Source: Limnothrix sp. BL-A-16
GTDB lineage: Bacteria > Cyanobacteriota > Cyanobacteriia > CACIAM-69d
Direction: 5' to 3'
DNA: 64,000 nucleotides
NCBI GenBank assembly: GCA_041937175.2
Contig: CP166615.1
Span: forward strand, 2,720,001 to 2,784,000
Position 1 is the first letter of the stretch; each line of letters opens with the position of its first letter. Below the pieces are notes generated by a model, which had not been told where the DNA came from, did no database searches, and saw only the letters and a list, made by a program, of their open reading frames with translations. The position numbers were made by a program, and so were the translations under genes. Of the stretch, positions 20,885 to 29,944 are shown piece by piece.

Positions 20885-21808
20885 TCAAGCCGAGTTTGAT
20901 CGCGCCCCAACTGCCAGGCTGCGGCGCGTGATTTCCAAGTACACCGCCTCCAGACCCACGGGCTGGCGGGCCAAACCATCGATCGGCAGGCCCGCCAACC
21001 GCTCCAGCAACTCCGGCAAACTGAGGGACTCCGGCAACCACAACACCAATTCCCCCCCAGCTTCCCGCCAAGGCCAGCCCAGTTGCACCACCCGTTCGAT
21101 CGTCCCGGCGCGATCGGCCGTCGTGACCCGCACCAGCTCAGCGGCGGGAATGGTCGATCGCAGCTCCGCCAAAGTTCCCTCCAGCGCGATCGCCCCCTGA
21201 CTCAAAATTCCAATTCGATCGCACAGGCGCTCCGCCTCCTCCAGCAAATGGGTGGTCAGCAGCACTGTCAAACCCTGCTTTTTCAGATCCCGAATCATGG
21301 CCCACAGGTCATAGCGGGCTTCCAAGTCCAAACCCGCCGTGGGTTCATCCAAAATCACCAACTTGGGCCGATGCACCAGGGCGATCGCCACATTCAACCG
21401 CCGCTGCATCCCGCCGCTGAGGGTTTCCACGGGACTATCGGCGCGATCGGTTAAGCCCACCCAAGCCAAACATTGAGCCAAACGCGATCGCCGCTCCGAT
21501 CGCCGCAAACCATACAAGCTGGCAAAAAAATCTAAATTCTCAGTACAGGTCAGACTTTTATAGAGCAAGTTTTCCTGGGGGGCAATTCCCAACCAATGGC
21601 GGGGAGCCTGGGCCAAGGGGCGATCGCCCAACCACAACTCACCCCCATCAGCCGCCAACAGGCGACCCAGGATATTAATCGTTGTGCTTTTGCCCGCGCC
21701 GTTGGGGCCCAGCAGCCCATAAATTTCGCCCGGTCGCAAGGACAAACTCAGTCCTCGCAATACCGGGCGATCGTCATAGGATTTAGTTAACCGTTCAATT
21801 CGCAACAT
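20885..21808 (-). CDS. ABC transporter ATP-binding protein (DrrA-like)
   Basis: GPNGAGKST, LSGGMQRR, ILDEPT, TTH. Confidence 0.92.
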   Translation of the reverse strand: MLRIERLTKSYDDRPVLRGLSLSLRPGEIYGLLGPNGAGKSTTINILGRLLAADGGELWLGDRPLAQAPRHWLGIAPQENLLYKSLTCTENLDFFASLYGLRRSERRSRLAQCLAWVGLTDRADSPVETLSGGMQRRLNVAIALVHRPKLVILDEPTAGLDLEARYDLWAMIRDLKKQGLTVLLTTHLLEEAERLCDRIGILSQGAIALEGTLAELRSTIPAAELVRVTTADRAGTIERVVQLGWPWREAGGELVLWLPESLSLPELLERLAGLPIDGLARQPVGLEAVYLEITRRSLAVGARSNSA

Positions 21809-21823
21809 GCTGCGCTGAACCCA

Positions 21824-21905
21824 TGCGGATAATAGGACTTGAACCTACACGCCTTGCGGCACTAGAACCTAAATCTAGCGCGTCTACCAATTCCGCCATA
21901 TCCGC
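21824..21905 (-). tRNA. trnL: tRNA-Leu (anticodon UAG)
   Basis: Reverse complement GCGGATATGGCGGAATTGGTAGACGCGCTAGATTTAGGTTCTAGTGCCGCAAGGCGTGTAGGTTCAAGTCCTATTATCCGCA: acceptor stem, TAG anticodon loop, long variable arm, TTCAA T-loop; CCA not encoded. Confidence 0.96.
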
Positions 21906-21975
21906 TTAAGCCCAGACATCATAGCAAAATCCCCCCACTTCGGCAATCGTCATTTCATGCCAGTTGGGGAAGCCG

Positions 21976-23262
21976 TCACCGGTTCCGCACCGGCCGCGCC
22001 ACAATCACATAATCATCCAGTCCGTAATTCAGATCAAAGGTTGCACCGGCATAATCCCGCCGTAGACGACTAATCCTAGACTGCGAAGGCAAATTTTTAA
22101 TCGCAAATTGTTTGAACTCTTGTTTACCTAAGGGCGATCGCTGACCGGTGGAATTGAGATAGCAATACCATTCCAAATCAAGATTCAGCATTCGCAAAAA
22201 CGTGATGACGGCAGCTTTTTCTTGGGTATCCGTCAGCGATCGATCATTGAGTCCTTGAAAGGATCGAAACTTTTTATCTTGAATCACGAACAACACATAG
22301 CCCACGTCGCTCAAGCTATGGCTAATGATGCGCTGATATTGTTGTAGAAAAATTGCGCGCTCCACGGAATCCCAGGGGAAACAATGGGCGATTGTGATCC
22401 AATCAAAGAATTTCTGTGGCAACTGTGATCGGGAATCTTCCTGGAGGTTGAGCGTTTTGAATTGGATATAACTTTGGTCACTAATTCCCATTGCCAGAGA
22501 CCATTGCCTTAGCAGTTGATGCCCAATATCTTGAAAGGCAGATTGACAGTCAACAGAGCAATAATTCAAGACATGATCGGGCGATCGTACTTCTGGATCA
22601 AGCAATTCCCGCAACAATAACAGCCCAAACAGCGTTGTACCTGGCCCCGCCGCTAAGTCCAGAATTCGAGGTTGTCTTGGTAATTGCTGGCGTTCATAAA
22701 TCAGTAGCCAACTAATAAAAAGACAGAGGGTATTTTCTAGAAAATATTCTAATAAATAAGCTTCCGCAGAATATTGGAAGCAGTACGTGGGACTTGCCCC
22801 ACCTTTTAGCAATCGTAAATCTCCTAAAGCATCCCTGAGAGCCTGCTTTTGAGCCGATGTTTTCCGGGAGGAAAGTTGCTGCTCAATGTGTTTCGTTAGG
22901 ATGATCTCCAGAGGGTGAAACACCGCCTCCGGCAGCCCGGTGGTTTGCCACAATCCCTGGTCGATCGCCCGTAGCTTCAGTTGTTGTTTTAGGTCTTGGC
23001 AGCGATCGGGATTTGGCTCGCAATAGGGGGAAGTTTGGGCAGCGGCGCGTTGGGCCTGTTGCAGGGTTTTGAGCTGCGATCGCGCTTCGCGTAAATCCTG
23101 CTCCTGTTGCAGAAAATCTACACAAAGCCGCGCCAAGGGTGACTGAACTAAACCGCGCTGTTGCCGTTGTGCAATTAGCAGTCGCACCTGGCGGATATCT
23201 CGCCGCTGGAGGGCCGCCGCCAATTGACGATCGCTCCACCATTGCCGCAGGGCTTCAATCAT
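21976..23262 (-). CDS. Uncharacterised protein with N-terminal helical/coiled-coil region and C-terminal class I SAM-dependent methyltransferase-like fold
   Basis: Motif I-like RILDLAAGPGT, then YCSVD and FFDWITIAHCF. ATG at 23262 overlaps the stop of the upstream radical SAM gene. Confidence 0.72.
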   Translation of the reverse strand: MIEALRQWWSDRQLAAALQRRDIRQVRLLIAQRQQRGLVQSPLARLCVDFLQQEQDLREARSQLKTLQQAQRAAAQTSPYCEPNPDRCQDLKQQLKLRAIDQGLWQTTGLPEAVFHPLEIILTKHIEQQLSSRKTSAQKQALRDALGDLRLLKGGASPTYCFQYSAEAYLLEYFLENTLCLFISWLLIYERQQLPRQPRILDLAAGPGTTLFGLLLLRELLDPEVRSPDHVLNYCSVDCQSAFQDIGHQLLRQWSLAMGISDQSYIQFKTLNLQEDSRSQLPQKFFDWITIAHCFPWDSVERAIFLQQYQRIISHSLSDVGYVLFVIQDKKFRSFQGLNDRSLTDTQEKAAVITFLRMLNLDLEWYCYLNSTGQRSPLGKQEFKQFAIKNLPSQSRISRLRRDYAGATFDLNYGLDDYVIVARPVRNR

Positions 23263-24199
23263 AGCCAAATCCTGCCTGGCGTTCACAAAGCTCTAGATCA
23301 TATTGCCCTTTAGCAATTAGGCGTAAAATATCATTTTTAAGCAGCTCATAATGTTTTTCTTCACAGTCGTACCACCAAGCAAACTGCTGTTTTAGGGCCG
23401 TAGCGATGGGGCGGGTAGAAGCCTGGCGCATCCGATTGCCCCGATCGGGATGGAATGGTTGCAACACCACCCGATCAGCAATAGCCAACCGCTGCACCAA
23501 TCTGGGCAAATCGGCCGGCTCCGTGGGCAACAGCGGCGTGAGGGTGACGGATAGTTTGGGAATGTAAACGTCGTGATCAGGTGATAGGGCAATACTGTAG
23601 CGAAAACGCTGCAACGCCTGAAACCGAGAGGCAATACTGGGCGATCGCTCCTCAAACACCCGCCGCACGGTCTCGGAACCGGTGGGAATACTCATGTTGA
23701 TTCGCAACCGCTGGAACCGCTGCAACAGATCGAGATCACGCACGATCGCCGGGCTGCGAGTTTGGATCACGAGTGTCGGTTGATAGGGAAGCAGGGTTGC
23801 TAATAGGGCCCTTGTAAGCTGGGTTTTTGCCTCGATCGGCTGGTAGGGATCAGTGCTAGTACTCATATAGATACTGGGCGGTTGGTCGTGATGCCGAAAC
23901 CAGCGTTCTAGCTCTTTTTCCAGCACTGCCACGGCGTTGGTTTTAACCACCACCCAATTGCCCCAATCGTCCCGCCACCGAGCTGTGGGGCTAAAAGCTG
24001 CCGCATAGCAGTAGGTGCAAGCGTACTGACAGCCTTGGTAGGGATTGAGAGTAAAGTCGTAGGCTCCGATGAAGCCAGAAGCGGGCATCAGCAGCGATCT
24101 GGCTCGGGTTTGATAGGCCTGGGCTGTACCAAAGGCAGCACCCGACGGCGGCGCAGGCGATCGAGCAGGAAATTCCGGCAGAGCAGTAAAGTCGGCCAT
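23255..24199 (-). CDS. Radical SAM protein, spore photoproduct lyase (SPL)-like family
   Basis: LNPYQGCQYACTYCYA (CxxxCxxC), STSTDPYQPIE, TRSPAIVRDLDLL. Confidence 0.88.
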   Translation of the reverse strand: MADFTALPEFPARSPAPPSGAAFGTAQAYQTRARSLLMPASGFIGAYDFTLNPYQGCQYACTYCYAAAFSPTARWRDDWGNWVVVKTNAVAVLEKELERWFRHHDQPPSIYMSTSTDPYQPIEAKTQLTRALLATLLPYQPTLVIQTRSPAIVRDLDLLQRFQRLRINMSIPTGSETVRRVFEERSPSIASRFQALQRFRYSIALSPDHDVYIPKLSVTLTPLLPTEPADLPRLVQRLAIADRVVLQPFHPDRGNRMRQASTRPIATALKQQFAWWYDCEEKHYELLKNDILRLIAKGQYDLELCERQAGFGYD

Positions 24200-24302
24200 C
24201 GCTCAAAAATCTCAGAATCAATCGACTCATCATCCGTCGGTAAACTTACGCCAGTTTATGCAATTTCAGCCCGGTCGGATGCCAACCCATTCAACCTCTG
24301 CG

Positions 24303-25832
24303 CTAAGCATGGTCGATCGCCTTGAGGGCGGTGTATTGGGGTTCAGCAATTTTGTTGGCTGCAAATAGGGTATCGGCAATTTCTCCAAGGGTGAGCACCG
24401 CGTGCGATCGATAGCCTTTGGCGGCCAAGCGTTCCTTGGCTCCCGTGTTGTGGTCAATGAACACCACCAAATCGGTGACCCGCAGCCCCACCGATTCCAA
24501 CTTGCCAATCCCCTCGATCGCGCTTTTCCCGGAAATCAAAATGTCATCCACCACCACCGCCGTTTCGCCGGGGGTGAAATTCCCTTCCACCACCCGCTGA
24601 GTGCCGTGGGCTTTCACTTCCTTGCGCGGAAAGATCATGGGGCGATTGAGGTGCAAGGCCAAGCCGGTGGCCGTGGGCAAGGAACCGTAGGGAATGCCGG
24701 CCAGGCGATCGAACATTAGGGGAGCCACCCGATCGGCATAGGCCAGCAGGATTTTGTGAAAAACTTGGGGATTCGAGATGATTTGCCGCAAGTCCACGTA
24801 ATAGGGAAAGGTGGCCCCGGAAGCCTGCACATAGTCGCCAAACAAAATGCAGCCCAAGTCAAAGAGCTGCACAATCAATTCCGCATGGGGATGGGCGCTG
24901 GTGTTGGCGCTGGCGGGAGCGGGCAACCACAGGGGGCAGGCTTCCGCGATCGGCCCGCAAACGGCCGCCTGAGCTTGGGTGAGTCGATCGCGCAGTTGCG
25001 TAATTTGGCGGCGGGGTTCTGGGTGACTAAGGGCCGCCCGAGGCACTAACACAATCAATCCATCACCATCGGCCGCCAGGCCCGCTTGCAGGGTTTGGCG
25101 CAGGTTGTCATCCAGGCGATCGCCCGTGGCCTTGTCCAGGTCTTGGCTGTAGTCCACCGTTGCCAGCCCCGCCCCTGACCAAGCCCCCCGCAACAAAATG
25201 GGCGCTTCTGGAGCCACCGCCCGCAGCCGCCGCAAAATTTCCGGATCCGCCGCTTCCAGTTCCAAGCCCATTTGGCTGGGAATGCCCCAGGTTTGCACCT
25301 CGCGGGCCAAGCTGAGGTAGCGGGGTTCGGCATCGGGGGCCGGGTCTTGCAAAACGCGGGCGGAGGGGTTTTCGGTATAACACAGGGCAAACAGGGCGCG
25401 ATCGGCTTGGAGCAAAAAGGGCGCGGCGTGATCTTGACCCGAAAAGGGCACGATCGTCACGGCATCTACCTGCCAGCGATCGAACGCCGTGCGGGCAAAC
25501 AGGCCGCTGTTGATCCAGTCCGCATGTTTGGCATCCAAAATGACGGGCAATTCTGCTGGAATGGTGTGCCGCAACAGGTCTTCTAAGAGGGCCAAGCCTG
25601 CCGCCCCAAATAGCAAATAGGGATCGATCGCCACTTTGTAGGCACAAACCAAATCCGCCGTTTGGGCCACCATGGTTCGCAGCCAGTCCCCCAAGGCCGT
25701 CAGGGGGCGATCAACTCCGGCCGCAATGTCGGCCACAGCCGCTTCCAAAAAGTCAGAACTCGGATCCAAACTGAGGCACAGCAAACTCCCGCGCGATTGG
25801 GTCGCCCGGTGTAATTTATCGATAAATGTCAT
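24303..25832 (-). CDS. pyrFE: Bifunctional orotidine-5'-phosphate decarboxylase / orotate phosphoribosyltransferase
   Basis: N-terminal LCLSLDP, AYK and ILDAKHAD (OMPDC); C-terminal YYVDLR, RKEVKAHG and VVVDDILISGKS (OPRT). Confidence 0.88.
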   Translation of the reverse strand: MTFIDKLHRATQSRGSLLCLSLDPSSDFLEAAVADIAAGVDRPLTALGDWLRTMVAQTADLVCAYKVAIDPYLLFGAAGLALLEDLLRHTIPAELPVILDAKHADWINSGLFARTAFDRWQVDAVTIVPFSGQDHAAPFLLQADRALFALCYTENPSARVLQDPAPDAEPRYLSLAREVQTWGIPSQMGLELEAADPEILRRLRAVAPEAPILLRGAWSGAGLATVDYSQDLDKATGDRLDDNLRQTLQAGLAADGDGLIVLVPRAALSHPEPRRQITQLRDRLTQAQAAVCGPIAEACPLWLPAPASANTSAHPHAELIVQLFDLGCILFGDYVQASGATFPYYVDLRQIISNPQVFHKILLAYADRVAPLMFDRLAGIPYGSLPTATGLALHLNRPMIFPRKEVKAHGTQRVVEGNFTPGETAVVVDDILISGKSAIEGIGKLESVGLRVTDLVVFIDHNTGAKERLAAKGYRSHAVLTLGEIADTLFAANKIAEPQYTALKAIDHA

Positions 25833-26171
25833 AGGAATTGCAGGGAAATCTCAACAGAAATCTCAGAGAATGTCTGAAAAGGAGCTTAGATTATTGGCAA
25901 AACACTTGAACCCGGATCACCGGCTAAGAAGCTTTGAATTGTAGAGAGTTAGGCCCCTGCGCTCCGTCAATTGCCATACGGACAGAATGCCCCGGAGTGG
26001 CCCAGGGTTCCCTGGTTAATGGAGTAGGATAGGGGCACTTTTTCCGCTGAATACCGTTGCGGATCGGCCATGGATTGAACCTGGGGGTTGAGTTCAGGGA
26101 TTTCAGTCCATGGTGCTGGCTTTGGGCGTTGCGCGCGCCGCTAAATCTTCACCCTGCGGGGCACGTTGTCG

Positions 26172-28526
26172 ATGGAGTATTGCGAGTTTTTGCTGCAAAA
26201 GGAGGGCGATCGGGCTTGGTTGCCACTGGAGTCGCCCAGCGTCGAAGTTTTGGAAGGACGCTATCGCCTGATTGCCCGATCGAGCTATCCCGATGCGGCA
26301 GTGGAAATTCGTGTGGGCTACCAGCCGGACGGGGCGATCGGGGGCCCAAGCCAACGCACCCAGTCCCGATCGGCCCAAACCAATGTCAATGGGCTGGTGG
26401 TGGTGATTCCGTTCACGGTGTTGCGGCCGGGGCTTTGGGAGTTTAGCTGTCGGCAATCGGTGGATGAGGAGGCGGATCCGACAACCACCGGGCCCACCTG
26501 GCGCTATGCGGTGACGCTGCAAGTGTTGGCCGTGGAGGCGGAAGATTGGGTGGATGTGGAACCGCAACCGGCGGCGGATGCGCTGGCCCCGGAATCCAAC
26601 GGGTCAGAAGTGGCGAGTCGATCGCCCGCTGAGTTCTCTCAATCCCATGGCGTGAATGGGACTGAAGGGGCTACCGAAAAAATTGTTGGAAAAATTGTTG
26701 AAAAGGTTGTTGCAGAGGTTGCTGGAGGGGTGAACGGCGTTACTCCGGAGCCGGTGGCAGACCCGAACAGCCTGGCCGCTGCGATCGCCCCAGAAATTCC
26801 CCAGGCGACGGAACCAGAGCCGATTGCTTCAGAAATGGCTCCGACAAGCCTCCCCGAGAGCGCTCCAGAACTTCCCTCAGCGATCGATCCAAACATTACC
26901 CCAGAGCCAGTCTCTGCCAAGCCCCCATCGATTCCTCTGCCGGCCTTACCGCCCACGGAACCCTTCACGCCCCCGATCGAGCGGTTGATTCAGGTGGAAG
27001 ACGATCGCCTGTTGCGCATTGCCGATCGCCTGTTGCAGCAAATGGTGGAACCGGCGGAACTGGATCCGAGCGAAGCGATCGATCCGCTGGTGGCCGCCAG
27101 CCAGCTTCCTCCCTTGCACTTACGGCTCGATCGCACCACCTACATCACCGCTTGGGGCGATCAGTTGGTGTTGCAGGGCAGCTTGGATTGGGCCGAGCCA
27201 GCCAAGGCCCCAACCCTGGCTCAACTGCCGCCCACCTTGGAATGGCGGGTAACCCTGCGGGATCCCAACAGTCAGCGAGTGTTGGTGCGGTTGCGCCAGC
27301 CGATCGCCGGGTCGCGCTGGAGCCGGCCGAGCGATCGCCCCTTGCCGGGTCAGTTCACCTGCACCGTGGAATTGCCCCTGGAAGCCAGCACTTTTTTGAT
27401 GTTGGGCGAGCTGGCTTTGTATCCCCACAGTTTGCCCAGCGCCGAACCCCTCACCAGCCATGCCTTCGCAGTGGCGGCCGATGCCGATGCCCTGTTGCGG
27501 GCGATCGAACCGGATTTTCGCCCAGAGGATTGCACCGAGGACGATCGGGCCCCGGCCGCGTTGCCGCACGAGTCCCTGCCGTTTCGGCCCAATACCCAAG
27601 CCCCCACCAAAAAGAGCTTGGATCTGAAGTTGCTGAACTTTGTGCAACCGGCGAAAGCGCCCATGTTGCCATCTATATCGCCGTCCATGTCGCCGTCCAT
27701 GGACTCCGCGCCACCGATGCCTGAGGTTGCCCCCGAACCGATCGCGGGTGGCGAGTTGCCGGAAGCTGCCATTTTGCAAGGGTTGCCCCCCGCTGCGCCA
27801 ATTCCCACCGCCAACGGCCCGGCCCCTTGGGCGATCGACCCCTTACCCAGCGAGCCTTCACCCTTTGATGCGCTGCCCAAGGGTCACCGGTTCTGGTCAA
27901 GACTCACGGCCTTGGCCGATGACCAAGATCTACGGGCCTGGCTGCGGGCCCGAGGAGAGGGGGTTGCGCCCGCCCCGGAGCCACCGGATCCCGATGCGGA
28001 CTGGACGGCCGGTGAGGTGCTGGTGGATGATCTGTTGCCGCTGCAAAACGGATCCAATGGCTGGTCTGCCCCGGCCAGTCCGCCACCGCCGCCCGCCGAT
28101 GCCACCTTGCCGCCCACGATGCCGATTCCACAGCCCACGATCGAGCTGTTGACCCATCCCCTGGTGGCGGAAACCACGGCCACCTTGCGGTTGCGGGTGA
28201 CGGAGGTGCCCTCACGACTTTGCATTAAGGTTTGGACGAGCGATCGACAAACACGCCAAATCCTGGAACCACCGCGCTGGCTGTTGGAGTTGCCCCCCAA
28301 TGGCCTGGGGGAATTGGAAACCCGTGTCACCCTGACCGTGCCGGCCTTGGTGGCGGAACTGAGCATTGAGGCGGTGGTGATGGAGTTGGCGACCCACCGC
28401 GAAAGCCGCAAGACGGTGATTGTTGCGCCCGTGTTGCCCCCCGAGGCCCACCCCGATCGCCCCACGCTGGATCCATTGGCAATCAACAACCTGTTTGAGG
28501 CCCTGTCGCCCTCCCGCTGGGATTAG
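26172..28526 (+). CDS. Hypothetical protein with Pro-rich linkers
   Basis: Long ORF; globular-looking N-terminal (EFLLQKEGDRAWLPLES), middle and C-terminal segments separated by P/A/E-rich stretches. Confidence 0.75.
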   Translation: MEYCEFLLQKEGDRAWLPLESPSVEVLEGRYRLIARSSYPDAAVEIRVGYQPDGAIGGPSQRTQSRSAQTNVNGLVVVIPFTVLRPGLWEFSCRQSVDEEADPTTTGPTWRYAVTLQVLAVEAEDWVDVEPQPAADALAPESNGSEVASRSPAEFSQSHGVNGTEGATEKIVGKIVEKVVAEVAGGVNGVTPEPVADPNSLAAAIAPEIPQATEPEPIASEMAPTSLPESAPELPSAIDPNITPEPVSAKPPSIPLPALPPTEPFTPPIERLIQVEDDRLLRIADRLLQQMVEPAELDPSEAIDPLVAASQLPPLHLRLDRTTYITAWGDQLVLQGSLDWAEPAKAPTLAQLPPTLEWRVTLRDPNSQRVLVRLRQPIAGSRWSRPSDRPLPGQFTCTVELPLEASTFLMLGELALYPHSLPSAEPLTSHAFAVAADADALLRAIEPDFRPEDCTEDDRAPAALPHESLPFRPNTQAPTKKSLDLKLLNFVQPAKAPMLPSISPSMSPSMDSAPPMPEVAPEPIAGGELPEAAILQGLPPAAPIPTANGPAPWAIDPLPSEPSPFDALPKGHRFWSRLTALADDQDLRAWLRARGEGVAPAPEPPDPDADWTAGEVLVDDLLPLQNGSNGWSAPASPPPPPADATLPPTMPIPQPTIELLTHPLVAETTATLRLRVTEVPSRLCIKVWTSDRQTRQILEPPRWLLELPPNGLGELETRVTLTVPALVAELSIEAVVMELATHRESRKTVIVAPVLPPEAHPDRPTLDPLAINNLFEALSPSRWD

Positions 28527-28548
28527 GGCCGGTCGCCATTTCCATCGC

Positions 28549-28657
28549 CGTAGGGGTTGGGTCTCCCAACCCTAACCCAGGCGATCGCTACAACCCTGTC
28601 TACCCCTGGGAACACCCAAGGATCACGGGAACTGGACGGGGAGACTCCGCCCCTACG
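28549..28657. repeat. GTAG-type REP doublet (inverted pair)
   Basis: CGTAGGGGTTGGGTCTCCCAACCCT ... GGACGGGGAGACTCCGCCCCTACG; each half is an imperfect hairpin behind GTAG. Confidence 0.7.
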
Positions 28658-28858
28658 ACTGATTGGTTTGAAGAACGAGGTCATCAGGGTTTCAGGCGAT
28701 TTGGGGGCGATCGGCCCCCGCGTTGGTTCAAGCGTTGGTTCAAGTGTTGATTCGCTTGTTTGTTAAAAATCTTTAGCAACCCCACGCCACACCGGAGGCC
28801 AGCTCGTACAGTTAATGGGAAATCCTCTGAATTCGATTAAGAATAAGGATCTTTTCCC

Positions 28859-28963
28859 ATGGCAGCCTCTTTTCTTCCTGCGATTTTCGTGCCGATTGTT
28901 GGCTGGGTATTTCCTGCGGTAACAATGGCCCTGCTGTTCCTGTATATCGAAAGCGACGCTTAA
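28859..28963 (+). CDS. psaI: Photosystem I reaction centre subunit VIII
   Basis: Manual translation [34 protein letters not shown], a typical PsaI sequence; below the ORF track length cutoff. Confidence 0.93.
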   Translation: MAASFLPAIFVPIVGWVFPAVTMALLFLYIESDA

Positions 28964-29149
28964 CAAAAAATCGTAAGCGAAGCTGTGCGTAGCCTGCCTA
29001 ATTCCCCGATCATGGCCCTTCATCACAGTGAGGGCAATGACTGGGGAGATTGCAGTTTGCCTTCTCCTTGAATCGAGTTGATTAAATCCAGACCGCTGGC
29101 TGTCTAAGATAGTTAGCGGTTTTTTGCGGGCGAACAGCGCCCGAGGATC

Positions 29150-29938
29150 ATGAGCGATCGGGTGGCGACGGCACGGTTAATTGAAGTTTTTTCAGCAATC
29201 CAGGGTGAAGGGCCGATCGTGGGCACGCGGCAACTGTTCATCCGGTTCGCCCAATGCGATCTGCGCTGTGACTACTGCGATAGCGATCGCACCTGGGTGG
29301 CTCCCGACCATTGCGACATTGAGCAAACCCCCGGCCTGCGGGATTTTGTGACCGTTGCCAACCCCGTGAGCCAGTCGCAGCTCCTGGACTGGGTGAAACA
29401 GCTCGATCGCCCCCACTTACACGACAGCATCAGCATTACGGGCGGTGAACCCCTGTTGCATGGTCGTTTTTTGCAAGATTTCTTACCAGCCCTAAAGACC
29501 GTTTCCAGCCTGCCGGTTTATCTGGAAACCGGGGGCCATCGGCCACAACAGTTGGAACCCCTGTTGCCTTGGCTAGATTGGATTGGCATGGATTTGAAAC
29601 TGCCCAGTGTCAGCGGCGAAACCCATTGGGAGGCCCATGGGGAGTTTTTGCGGTTGGCGGTGGAGGCGCAAAAGTGGGTGTTTGTGAAAGCGATTGTTTC
29701 CGAAGGGACCACGCTGGCGGATCTGACCCGATCGGCTGAGTTGGTGGCGGCGATCAATCCCCATTTGGTTTACGTGATGCAACCCGTTTCGCCCTTGCCC
29801 GCGCCGATTAAGCCCGACCGCCAACCGCCACAACCGCCCCAGCCGGAGCAAGTGTTGGCCTGGCAACAACACCTGAAACAGTGGTTACCGCAGGTGATTG
29901 TGATTCCACAAACCCACAAGGCGATCGGGCAACTTTGA
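29150..29938 (+). CDS. queE: 7-carboxy-7-deazaguanine synthase (radical SAM)
   Basis: EVFSAIQGEG, FIRFAQCDLRCDYCDS, SITGGEPLL, PQTHK. Confidence 0.9.
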   Translation: MSDRVATARLIEVFSAIQGEGPIVGTRQLFIRFAQCDLRCDYCDSDRTWVAPDHCDIEQTPGLRDFVTVANPVSQSQLLDWVKQLDRPHLHDSISITGGEPLLHGRFLQDFLPALKTVSSLPVYLETGGHRPQQLEPLLPWLDWIGMDLKLPSVSGETHWEAHGEFLRLAVEAQKWVFVKAIVSEGTTLADLTRSAELVAAINPHLVYVMQPVSPLPAPIKPDRQPPQPPQPEQVLAWQQHLKQWLPQVIVIPQTHKAIGQL

Positions 29939-29944
29939 CCAGTC

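Noticed and set aside
21824..21905. tRNA-Leu as attachment site of an integrated element
   Set aside because: No integrase and no duplicated tRNA 3' fragment seen in the window.
28763..29026. 87-aa minus-strand ORF
   Set aside because: Antisense to psaI, which explains the region.
29150..29938. queE as part of a 7-deazaguanine DNA-modification (dpd) island
   Set aside because: No dpdA/tgt-like, queC, queD or folE neighbours; host-like composition; ordinary queuosine gene.
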